DNA of 61,736 bases, counting the filler. It is 14 parts of 14 records of this genome, joined end to end, with 100 filler letters (N's around TTAATTAATTAA, not from the genome) between each part and the next. Parts side by side here need not be neighbours in the genome. Positions count along the whole stretch, not along the records: positions 32,593 to 36,649 come from SRR15195285_5348; positions 36,750 to 40,752 come from SRR15195285_5350; positions 40,853 to 44,365 come from SRR15195285_5355; positions 44,466 to 51,932 come from SRR15195285_5356; 10 more parts are not named here. The stretch is one strand, 5' to 3'. Below the pieces are notes generated by a model that was given only the letters and a program-made list of their open reading frames with translations, was not told the origin of the DNA and did not search any database. A program made the position numbers and the translations under genes. Within the stretch, counting starts at the first letter, position 1; every line of letters starts with the position of its first letter. Shown here one piece after another: positions 36,486 to 46,062 of this stretch.

Positions 36486-36749
36486 ATGCACACTCTCACA
36501 GACAGACAGACAGACAGACAGGTAGGGGAGACAAACACGCAGCGGAGGCAGATACACACGCACACACACACACGCGCAGAGAGACAGGCACACAGACGGA
36601 CGGACGGACAGACAGACAGGCTGTGCTGTGCTGTGCTGTGCTGTGCTGTNNNNNNNNNNNNNNNNNNNNNNNNNNNNNNNNNNNNNNNNNNNNTTAATTA
36701 ATTAANNNNNNNNNNNNNNNNNNNNNNNNNNNNNNNNNNNNNNNNNNNN

Positions 36750-39700
36750 GGAAGAGCAGGAGCCCGCGGAGGAGGAGGACGAGGAAGAGGGAGAGCACGC
36801 GGTGGTCGAGGACGAGGGCGAGCAGGAGAAGGCAGAGGATCAGAAGGAGGAAGAGTAGGAGCTCTAGCCTCACTGCCGGCTCGGATTGAGCACCCACCGG
36901 GCCCGGGCTGGGAGACCTATCGCCGCAAAGCCGCGGAAGCCCGCGGCCGCAACGAGGAACGGCACATCACCGCCGGACCGCGTGTAGGTGGACGGACCGT
37001 CGGGCTGCTGAGAGACCGTGCAGTGGACAAGCACGTGATCTTCTGCATCGACAACTCGCGGAGCATGCGAGCAAAGGACGCGGTGTCGGACGGCGGTGCA
37101 GCGCTGCGCCGTTGCGACGCTGTGTTCTCGTGCGTTCAGCGGATGGCACAGGAACACGTCATAGTTTCGCAGTCCATGACGCTGCGGTATTCGGTCATCT
37201 TGTTCGAGGCAAAATTGCACGACATCGTGATTGGCCTTCCTCTGCACAAGTTGGCGCCGGCTATCGCCAACATGCGGAAGATTTCACCTGTCGGAGGCAC
37301 GAATTACTCGTGTGGATGGGATGCTGTTCGAATTGCTTGCGAGCTGGTGAAAGCCGATCAGCATGAAGTTCTATTTCTATCTGATGGCTGCCCAGACGAC
37401 AACGATCTGGGGACGCTCGGTGCACACGAGGACACAGAAATTGATGATGTTACGTGCACAGCAAGGTGGGAGTGCACTATTCGACATTTGGCCTCGCAGT
37501 ATCGCGAAGACCTTACCGTGCATGCGATTGCCATTGGCTCGGAGAACAGCGCGTACCTAGAAAGGGTTGCCAAGCTTGTCGATATGTATGGACGTGTCGC
37601 GGACCCAACCGCTGGCGAAGTCATATTTGGACGACTCCTGGACATCCCGTTTCTCGAACGCTTGGCGAAACTTGTTACTGGAGCAGTGCGCAGTGACCCA
37701 GGCGTGGTATTCAGCTCGTCAGGAGAGCGTGCGGTGGGAAGGTATCACAGAATTAATCGCATGGATTGTGCTGCCGGTGGCTACTCAACATCAAATGACA
37801 AGAATTTGGAAGGGCTTTTCCCGGCTGATGTCAAGACGGAACGTAGCGAGCGAGTCGACGACTTTACTGAAATGGCCGCCGTCCTTGCGCTGAGTGCTCC
37901 TCTAAGGGAGAAGGTCCTAAGGGAAGGGCAAGCAAAATTGGAAGCATTTAGGGCCTGGCACTCTCATGTACAGGAGATAGTAGAGGCTAAAGAGGAGGCC
38001 AGACGAGAAAGGAAGCGGGCCAAGCGGGCTGCAGAAGAAGCTGCGCGGGAAGCCGCACGGGTGAGACAGGAAAGACTGGACGCAGAGGCAGCTGCGCGGG
38101 TGCCGCAAATTATCCAGACCATCAAAGAAAATGTGAAGGATCGTCAGAAGCCGGCAGTAGCAGTACAGAGATCAGGAGTTGTGAAGGAAGACCCGTGCTC
38201 GTGGGACGAGTTGCTGCCGAAGCTAGCAGATGCTCAAAAGAAACGGGAGTCGAAGAAGCGCCAAAAGGAGGCGAGGCAACGCCAGCGAGATCTGAGGAGT
38301 GTGCTCAAGGTGGGCGGTGTCACCAAGAGTGATGTTAGCGACGGTGCAACCAAAAGCGATTCTGATGTAGCGCCAAAGGCTCACAGAAAGACGGTGAGTT
38401 TCGCAGCTGTTATCGACGATATAGACCCAGAGCCGGAGCCGGATCCGGAGCCGGAGCTGGATTCAGATTTGTCTGATGCATCAGATGGAGCAACAAAGCA
38501 GTCAACAAGCCTCTCAGATACATTCTCGATCATCAGTAGTTCCATCAGCAGTGGAGGCAAACGCAGCAGAGAACCAAAGTTTCAGGAAACGGCGTACCTT
38601 GAAGACTCAGTAGACTGGGAGAAGCATGCCAACTCAGAGAAAGCGTTCCGCCTGAAAGAGACCAATCGCGGCGGATGGAGCACCGGCACCTATGAGGAAA
38701 CGGTAAAGTTCTGTGACAAGCCCTTCGCCAAGGGTGGTCAGCGGAATGCGTTTCACATAACACTTCCCAGAGATACAAAGCACAGGTACGCAACTACTAA
38801 GGAAGGCAAACACGCTGCACACCATGTTGCAAAGGAGAGCCGCTGGAAGGGTGGAGACTTGCACCAGTGGAAGTCTGACTACACTAGTGAGAAGAAAGCA
38901 ACGAATCTCGCGACGAGCTTGGTCAGAAAGTTCACTAGAGAAGTCCTGGCGGCATCAGAGGTCTTCGCTCGGCAGAAAAATCTGCGGATCACCGGCGCGC
39001 CCCCGCAACCTTCTATTCTACAGTTTGAGCTCTATGGCATCAAAGTGAAGGGCTCTGAGGACCGAGTTGTTTGTGTCGAACGGTATTTGGAAGGCGAGTG
39101 GCAGAAGCGCAACGGGAACAACGGATATGTCCACAAAGAGTCGGCGGAGACGCTGACCTGGGAGGGGCTGATGCCCCACGCGTTCTCACACTGGACATAT
39201 GAGGACTCCCTCAAGACCAAGAGCCAAGAGGGAGATGTTGTGTGCTTAGTGTGCGACATTCAAGGGGTTGGCACGGACTGGACCGACGTGGCGATATGCA
39301 CGGAGGACCGACGTTTCGGCAGCACCGATTTGGGTGAGGTCGGCATACAGAACTTTTTCCGCACGCATCGCTGCAACTCGTTGTGCAAGCTGCTGGACCT
39401 GACCTATATCAAAGGCCCGGCTCGTGGCGACGAGAATGACCTCTCTGCCTCCATCATAACGGCCACAAGCGCGATAGAGATCATCAAGACCCGGCACCTC
39501 AACGAGCGCAAGGAAGAACGCGACATCGACACGCTTGAGTTGCAGAAGGCGTACAAGCACGGAACCAAAGAGCCAGGCCATTATCCTGGGACAGTGAAGC
39601 ACACTCACGATGGGGTTGTTCTTGTGACCAGTGTAGGAGATAGCACTGGTATTCTAAAGGCCAACCCTGCTGGCGTCACTGCATATCGTCGTGCTGGCAT

Positions 39701-40121
39701 CGAGGTCAAGAGAACGCACAAACTCTCTGGGGCACAGCTCCAGGCCCAAAATGCAGAGCGCATCGAGAAGAAGAAGGAGAAGGCGCTAGAAACGCTTCCG
39801 TGTGGGAGGAAGATCTCGAAGAAAGTCTTCGCGATGACGCCGAAGCAGTTGAAAAAGGAGCTGAAAAAGTATCAGATCAAATGGCCTGGGCGTGGCGGTG
39901 TGGACGAGAGAGCGTGGGCTGTGCCTGGTGCGTCCGATGTCGGCATGTTGCACTCGGTTCGAATGGAGTTGCTTTCTGGGCTGGCTGAGGCCATGGAGAA
40001 ACAGAAGCGCGCTGAGCAGGATAGAATCGCGGAGGTGGAACGTGAGCGGCAGGAGGTCCAGAGGAAAGCTGAGGCATGGAGGATTTCCACACGAGAACCT
40101 TACTCATCTGAGGATGAATAG
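36750..40121 (+). CDS. vWA domain + alpha-kinase (eEF2K/MHCK family) multidomain protein, 5'-partial, no visible introns
   Basis: Frame is open from the contig start (GRAGARGGGGRGRGRARGGRGRG). MIDAS motifs IDNSRSM, GGTNY, LFLSDG; alpha-kinase motifs PFAKGGQRNAF, VAK, ERYLEGEWQKRNGNNG, AFSHWTY, CDIQGV, TD, FGSTDLG..GI..FF..H.CN.LC. Confidence 0.9.
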   Translation, partial: GRAGARGGGGRGRGRARGGRGRGRAGEGRGSEGGRVGALASLPARIEHPPGPGWETYRRKAAEARGRNEERHITAGPRVGGRTVGLLRDRAVDKHVIFCIDNSRSMRAKDAVSDGGAALRRCDAVFSCVQRMAQEHVIVSQSMTLRYSVILFEAKLHDIVIGLPLHKLAPAIANMRKISPVGGTNYSCGWDAVRIACELVKADQHEVLFLSDGCPDDNDLGTLGAHEDTEIDDVTCTARWECTIRHLASQYREDLTVHAIAIGSENSAYLERVAKLVDMYGRVADPTAGEVIFGRLLDIPFLERLAKLVTGAVRSDPGVVFSSSGERAVGRYHRINRMDCAAGGYSTSNDKNLEGLFPADVKTERSERVDDFTEMAAVLALSAPLREKVLREGQAKLEAFRAWHSHVQEIVEAKEEARRERKRAKRAAEEAAREAARVRQERLDAEAAARVPQIIQTIKENVKDRQKPAVAVQRSGVVKEDPCSWDELLPKLADAQKKRESKKRQKEARQRQRDLRSVLKVGGVTKSDVSDGATKSDSDVAPKAHRKTVSFAAVIDDIDPEPEPDPEPELDSDLSDASDGATKQSTSLSDTFSIISSSISSGGKRSREPKFQETAYLEDSVDWEKHANSEKAFRLKETNRGGWSTGTYEETVKFCDKPFAKGGQRNAFHITLPRDTKHRYATTKEGKHAAHHVAKESRWKGGDLHQWKSDYTSEKKATNLATSLVRKFTREVLAASEVFARQKNLRITGAPPQPSILQFELYGIKVKGSEDRVVCVERYLEGEWQKRNGNNGYVHKESAETLTWEGLMPHAFSHWTYEDSLKTKSQEGDVVCLVCDIQGVGTDWTDVAICTEDRRFGSTDLGEVGIQNFFRTHRCNSLCKLLDLTYIKGPARGDENDLSASIITATSAIEIIKTRHLNERKEERDIDTLELQKAYKHGTKEPGHYPGTVKHTHDGVVLVTSVGDSTGILKANPAGVTAYRRAGIEVKRTHKLSGAQLQAQNAERIEKKKEKALETLPCGRKISKKVFAMTPKQLKKELKKYQIKWPGRGGVDERAWAVPGASDVGMLHSVRMELLSGLAEAMEKQKRAEQDRIAEVERERQEVQRKAEAWRISTREPYSSEDE

Positions 40122-40954
40122 CTATGCAGCGCCAAACTTCTTCGAGGAAGAGGAATTCGTATCAGTGTCATATCCCGAGTGATGTTTGCAGTGGTGTCAA
40201 CGTGGCTGCCTGTGGGAACGGCAGGAACTGAATACATGAGAAGGGTTTCCTTTCTTCATTATAGAGCTCCAAGACCATGTGGTAGGAGTAAAGCCTGTTA
40301 CCATCAGTCCACATGCGCGCGCCTCTCTGTTTTTTTGCCAACTAGCCAAGCTTGGCATACACACCTGCCAAATGACATTTGCTGCCCGCGAACAGTTCCT
40401 CGCATATGCCGTCTGTGCAATGTCTTGCAAAGTCCTTCCTGTGATTAGCTATGATACTACGTTTGTGTGCCACCTCTTCCGCCCACTGCGCAAAGAGTGG
40501 AGACATCAACTTCTGGTACATCTCGTCTGGGAGTAAATCTGAACTAGATCTATTAGGAATTCCTAGGCCGCCAAACAGGAATCCGCACTGAGCCCTCTCA
40601 CCTCTCAGTCTCATCAAATGCATTTGAGCAAATCATGCCATACGTTCATGGGGAACATGATGCTTGATTCATTGATGGGGAAATGTGCATTGGATTGAAT
40701 CGACAACGACATGTATTCGAATACCAAAAACACTAGTGTCCCTGCCTCAGCANNNNNNNNNNNNNNNNNNNNNNNNNNNNNNNNNNNNNNNNNNNNTTAA
40801 TTAATTAANNNNNNNNNNNNNNNNNNNNNNNNNNNNNNNNNNNNNNNNNNNNGCCAATCCGCCGCGCAGAACGCGTGCCCGTCCTGCGGCCCGATCGCCG
40901 GCGGCCCCGGCGCCATCACCACCGGGTGGTGCAAGCCAAGGGAATGAAAAGGCT

Positions 40955-41872
40955 GTGGCTGTGGAAGCAGCAGCAGAGCACGCACCCTACATCCCACTGT
41001 CGCTCGAGTCGCCTCGCGTAGCTGCGCATGATGCGCAACAGCGAGCGATGCTCCACCTACAGCATGGACGACAGGTGGCTCCCAAGCGCGGCGATAGCAT
41101 GGCGGTGAGAGCTGTGGCCGAAATGGTGGCAGCAATGAAGAAGGTTGAAGTTGGTGTGCTCGACGCAGAGCGAACAGCGGCTTCAGAGCGTGACCTCCGA
41201 AAGCAAACAGAGGCGCGCGCCGCTACTGCGGAGGCGCGCGCGAGTGATGCTGAGGCCGAGCGGGACAGGTTCCGTCAGGAGATGGAGGAGTGGAAGGCGA
41301 AGGCGTTGCGGCACACGCAGCAAGACAAAGAAAGTAGAGAGCGCCTTGATGCTGTTATGGAAGCCCGATCGGCACTGGAAAAGCAGCTGTCAGAGGTATC
41401 CGCCGCCCTGGCCGAGTCCACTGCTGCACAGACCGGTCTGGAAGCAGAGTTGGAGATGACACGGCAGCAGCTGCAGGACGCTGCGGCATTTGCTGGATGG
41501 GGCCAAACCCCCGGGCGTGCCGCGCTACGGTGGGGCTCGGCTGAGTGGTGGAGTGGCGGTGGCCGCGTGGGCGCATCGGGTGCCAGCGCGCATGCCCCGC
41601 GATTTGCCACACAGTTTGCAGCTGCAGGGGCGACACAGCCGCAAGATTCACCACCTCAATCTAGCTTCTCGCGAGGCGCGGACAGTGCTAGCTCAGCAGC
41701 AAACCGAGCAATGGCACTCGAAGCTGAAATCTCCGCAGCAGCTCACGAGCGAGAGAGACTGGCACGAGACCTTGGCGTGGTATTTGATCGTGGCAGTAAA
41801 GAGAGATCTACAGCTTCCAGAGCTGTTGGGTCTGGCGGTTGGGTGCGAGAAGATGCGACGCAATTTCTTTGA
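40955..41872 (+). CDS. Coiled-coil protein of unknown function (start uncertain)
   Basis: 305-codon ORF with a long Ala/Glu/Arg heptad region. Confidence 0.55.
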   Translation: MAVEAAAEHAPYIPLSLESPRVAAHDAQQRAMLHLQHGRQVAPKRGDSMAVRAVAEMVAAMKKVEVGVLDAERTAASERDLRKQTEARAATAEARASDAEAERDRFRQEMEEWKAKALRHTQQDKESRERLDAVMEARSALEKQLSEVSAALAESTAAQTGLEAELEMTRQQLQDAAAFAGWGQTPGRAALRWGSAEWWSGGGRVGASGASAHAPRFATQFAAAGATQPQDSPPQSSFSRGADSASSAANRAMALEAEISAAAHERERLARDLGVVFDRGSKERSTASRAVGSGGWVREDATQFL

Positions 41873-42090
41873 ACACAGCGGAAAAAGATTGTTGGTCAAA
41901 TACTGGCCCTTCTGTCCCGGCTTGCTGGCACTCTGGACAGGTGCACGCTGAAACACAAATCTGCGGAGGCGCGCACTAGGACACGGCAGCAAGACACTAG
42001 ATCGAGCGACTACATGGCGTTGATTTGGCAGATTGTACAACACGAACGGTACCAGCTGTACTTGCCTTCGTGCATCGATGGCGCTGTCAA

Positions 42091-44058
42091 CTAAGGGCGT
42101 TCAATCTGTGCTGATGAAATTGCCGCAGCGATTCGGTCCTGGGGAGTTTCAGCTTGCCGCGGGTTGAAATCGTTGATTCTTGGATGGAAATCATCGTCCT
42201 CTGCCGCGCTCATTGTCGCTGGCGACCGCTGCGCCTGCCCTTGCCGCAGAGAAGGAGTAGGAGAGCTGACAGCCACGCCACTGCTGTCAACGTCAAATAC
42301 AGATGCATCAACAGATCGCACTCGACTCGGGCTGGAGGTGGACGGGACATCCCACTCAGTTGATTCCTGTTCCTGCTCTCCTCGCACTCGGTCGCTTGCT
42401 GCTGTGTCCTCGTCTTCACCTCTCCCTGGTGGTGTACCTGGCCGTTGGGAGCCACCACCCGCTGCACTCATACTCACACTGCTCATTTCGATGTCTTCCA
42501 GCTGCACGTGACCAGTTGCTATGATGCCGGAAGTACCTTTCCTGTGCTTGGCGGGTCTTTTCTTAGCCTCACGCCAGGCCGCACGCCATGGCGCTTGCGT
42601 TTCCACCCCAGCTGCATCGTTTTCATCTCCATCTCCAGCTGGAGAATTCTCCCTCGGAGAAGCGCCAGGTGTGGTGCCTGCGACGGGCCTCGCAACCGGG
42701 GCTGCGCTTGGCTTCTCAATCAAGGCCAGCGAATAAAGTACACGAGCGAAATGCAGGCATGTTACAAAGCCGATGAGGCAAAACATCAAGCTCCATGCCG
42801 TCACTATGATGGAGCAGGACTCGCGGCTCTGTTCAACTGCTTGCATAGCCGTCTTTACGTCCAGTCTGCAGCTGCCCGTCTCGACGGATACACCGTCTGC
42901 CATGCTGAGAGCCTCAGCTACATCCTCATCGCCAAGACTGACGTTCAAGGAACCCCGAACCGAACCATCAGAGAGTGCGGTGAGGCTATCCTGCATGGAT
43001 TGGCCGTTCTCCACTAGGACAAGAACGCCCGATTCGAGATATTCGTCCAGCATCGGCGACGACGAATCTGTGTCTGGGACAAACTGCAATGATGTGAGCC
43101 GTCCGTCGTCATCGTAGTGACAATGGTCGGAGTTTGCCTGGGCACTGACCCAAGAGCTCATGTGATGTAGTGGCTGTCCTTGCGGGCCGAGAAGCGAATG
43201 CTCATAATCTGTCTTGTCTGGCGGACACGTGTGCATCTTCGGATGGCAGCCGATCTCGTGACAGGCCGCAAAGGTACAAGCTGCGTGCTCGAACTCAGGG
43301 TGGTCATCAGAATCGACGTTGAATCTGTGTATCTCTGAGTCGAGGCCACATGCAGTGCACTGCTGGTGCAAGCTGTAGTCCCGAGCCTGCAACGCATCCG
43401 ACTCCGGGGGCTCGCACAGAACGTAGTTCTGTGGTGCACACCGACCGTCCGGAATCGTGATATCGAGCCAGGTGGTGTTGACCTCGCAAGCACACGCATC
43501 TCTGTATGCTGCAACTTCCTCCCGCACGGCGTAATTGAGGCAAACATTATGGCTGTGGCGACTGGTGAACAGAAACGCGAAGCTGAACAAGTAGGCGCCG
43601 AGCCGTAGAAGTCTCGACAGAAGTAGCGGCGGCGGGGATCTGCACGTACATTGCTTCGGCGCAGCTACCTCGTTGCGTTTGATCGCTCGCAGAGCCGCAA
43701 TAGCACAGACACCGGTGAGCAACGTCCACAATAGAAACGCGTTGTATAGATGCCGGAGTAGCAGGACTGAAAAAGGGAGAGCCGCATATTCCTCAATCGT
43801 CTCGTCGTTGAAGAAGGTTTTGGCGCGTAGCACGAGAAAGACCGGCAGCATCAGGCAGATCGAGATCACGGCGGTTGTCGCAGCCGCAAGGAAGCCGCCC
43901 CAGCGCAGTGGGCCGACACAGAAGCAGCACGCTGACAGCGGCTTGCGGCTCCACGCGGGCTCGCACTGCAGGATCACGCAAAAGTTCTTGCAGCACGAAT
44001 TGCCCTCCAGGTGGGAGCCAGTGCGTTGCGCCGCCGCGTTCGAGGCGGGGGCGTCCAT
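42091..44058 (-). CDS. Uncharacterised 4-TM membrane protein with a large Cys-rich loop (655 aa)
   Basis: Long ORF: three N-terminal hydrophobic helices, a Cys/His-rich loop of about 250 aa, a fourth helix and a disordered tail. Confidence 0.7.
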   Translation of the reverse strand: MDAPASNAAAQRTGSHLEGNSCCKNFCVILQCEPAWSRKPLSACCFCVGPLRWGGFLAAATTAVISICLMLPVFLVLRAKTFFNDETIEEYAALPFSVLLLRHLYNAFLLWTLLTGVCAIAALRAIKRNEVAAPKQCTCRSPPPLLLSRLLRLGAYLFSFAFLFTSRHSHNVCLNYAVREEVAAYRDACACEVNTTWLDITIPDGRCAPQNYVLCEPPESDALQARDYSLHQQCTACGLDSEIHRFNVDSDDHPEFEHAACTFAACHEIGCHPKMHTCPPDKTDYEHSLLGPQGQPLHHMSSWVSAQANSDHCHYDDDGRLTSLQFVPDTDSSSPMLDEYLESGVLVLVENGQSMQDSLTALSDGSVRGSLNVSLGDEDVAEALSMADGVSVETGSCRLDVKTAMQAVEQSRESCSIIVTAWSLMFCLIGFVTCLHFARVLYSLALIEKPSAAPVARPVAGTTPGASPRENSPAGDGDENDAAGVETQAPWRAAWREAKKRPAKHRKGTSGIIATGHVQLEDIEMSSVSMSAAGGGSQRPGTPPGRGEDEDTAASDRVRGEQEQESTEWDVPSTSSPSRVRSVDASVFDVDSSGVAVSSPTPSLRQGQAQRSPATMSAAEDDDFHPRINDFNPRQAETPQDRIAAAISSAQIERP

Positions 44059-44965
44059 CGTTCGCGGCGCGTCTCAATCTCCCTCCGTCGAGAAGCGCCG
44101 CAGAGCAGTCCGCGCCAAAGGACTGGCCTCCAGCAGCAGGCTCGCTGCGGGTGCTGCACCTACTGTAGGTGGTAGGCACCGGGGGGTGGTGGGGGGCGGA
44201 TGCCCTGGCCCTCGCGCTCGCGCGCGCGCGCGCCGGCGGCGGCACCGGCGTACCCCCGCGCGCGGCGGGTACGCGTACGGGCCAGCGCGGAGCAGGCCAA
44301 CAATTTACCACCGTATTCCATAATGCTTTATACCGTGTTAGTGTCCGAACCTCCCGAAATAGGGGNNNNNNNNNNNNNNNNNNNNNNNNNNNNNNNNNNN
44401 NNNNNNNNNTTAATTAATTAANNNNNNNNNNNNNNNNNNNNNNNNNNNNNNNNNNNNNNNNNNNNCGAATTCACTGAGAAATACAGTTTCACCATCCTGG
44501 CCGCCTCGATTCGCTGCTTTTTCATTCAATTGTCCATCATGAAATTAGCCTGGTTCTGACTCTGCTGATCGAGAAGTGAATTCTTGGAAGACCCAGCTCA
44601 TGATTTGTTGACGATCGACGGTCGAAAATTAGTGGCCGTCCCAATTGGCTGGTCGAAAACGAGTCTGCATTGTCAGAAGCTTTCGGCCTCACAAATGTCC
44701 CCACAAACTACTGGTCAGTAGTCAGTCATATAAACAATGCATTTGAATGATAAAGTATACGAGTTTGTTTAAAGCCGACGGCGCACAACCGGGGGTCACG
44801 GTTCCGATCTCAGGCTCGATCCTGGCGGAGAGTCCTCACAAATACCCCTAATTTCACTAGTAACGCGCCAAACAACCGGCGATCTCGAGGCGGTCCCTCG
44901 TTCGCCATCCATTTCTCAGCCAATTTTACGTACACTTTCACCGCCAATTTCACCGCCCATTTCGG

Positions 44966-45040
44966 TACAATTGACTGGGGGAGGTGGTCGCCGTGTTTCT
45001 CGCCCATACAACTGACTGGGGGAGGTGGTCGGCGTGTTTC
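44966..45040. repeat. Near-identical 34-bp direct repeat (41-nt period) upstream of NF-YB
   Basis: TACAATTGACTGGGGGAGGTGGTCGCCGTGTTTC (44966-44999) versus TACAACTGACTGGGGGAGGTGGTCGGCGTGTTTC (45007-45040), 2 mismatches. Confidence 0.9.
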
Positions 45041-45084
45041 GTCCCGTCCGTAGTGCTGAGTGGGGAGGGAGTGCGCAGCAAGGG

Positions 45085-45835
45085 ATGGAGGGTGGGCAGC
45101 CATTGGCGATGCCCTTCTCGACGGATGGTGAGAGCAGGCCACGCCACGCTATGCCACGCTATGCTATGCTATGCTAGGCGCTCTGCACGCCGCCCTCTCT
45201 CTCTCTGTGTGGGTGTGTGGGTGTGTGGGTGTGTGGGTGGGTGCCCTTTTCGGCGGATGGTGGGAGAAGAGAAGAGATCGCACTATGTACTCTCGCTACA
45301 CCAGCCTGTCTCTCTCCGGCTGTCAGCGGGGCTCAGGTGTTGCGCGTGCGTGTTTGGTGCACCAGCAGCGAGCGGCCCACCAGTGTCCGCCGATCCGAAT
45401 ATCGAGCTGGTGCCGATCGACGATCGGGAACAGGACAAGTTTCTGCCGATCGCCAACATCAGCCGCATCATGAAGAGGGCCCTGCCGGCGAACGCGAAGA
45501 TTGCTAAGGACGCAAAGGAGACGGTGCAGGAGTGCGTATCTGAGTTCATCAGCTTCATCACCAGTGAGGCAAGCGACAAGTGCCAGCGCGAGAAGAGAAA
45601 GACGATCATGGGGGATGACTTGCTGTGGGCCATGAGCACCCTCGGGTTCGAGAACTACACGGAGCCGCTGAAGACGTACTTGTTCAGGTACCGCGAGGTC
45701 TCTATCAAGACCGGCGGCAAGGAGGGAGGCGACGACGCTGCCGCAGGCGGGGGCGCTGGTGGTGCGGATGGTTCGGGGGGCGGCGAGGACGCAGCCAGCC
45801 CGAAAGGGTCAGCAGATGATGCGGGCAACTCCTAG
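45085..45835 (+). CDS. NFYB: Nuclear transcription factor Y subunit B (HAP3/CBF-A); exons 45085-45127 and 45366-45835
   Basis: [61 protein letters not shown] is the NF-YB histone fold. The first exon is inferred from a phase-compatible GTGAGA..CAG intron. Confidence 0.95.
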
Positions 45836-46062
45836 CTGCAGATCGCGTATGCCGCCCCGAAGAGAGCCGCGCGGCTTTGTTATTCCTCAAGGCTTCACAG
45901 TTCATTGTGAGACGGTCAGTCAGCCGTTTTCTAAGCTCCCCCGGACATACACAGCGCCCCGCGAGGGCGGCGTTGTGGCACGCCAGCTGCGCCAGTGCCC
46001 TGTCCAACAGCAACACCCATCCACCCTGTCAGCGCACGCAGCTAGCTGCATGATGTTGTTGG

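Noticed and set aside
44966-45040. CRISPR-like repeat-spacer unit
   Set aside because: Only two copies with a 7-nt gap, eukaryotic context and no cas genes.
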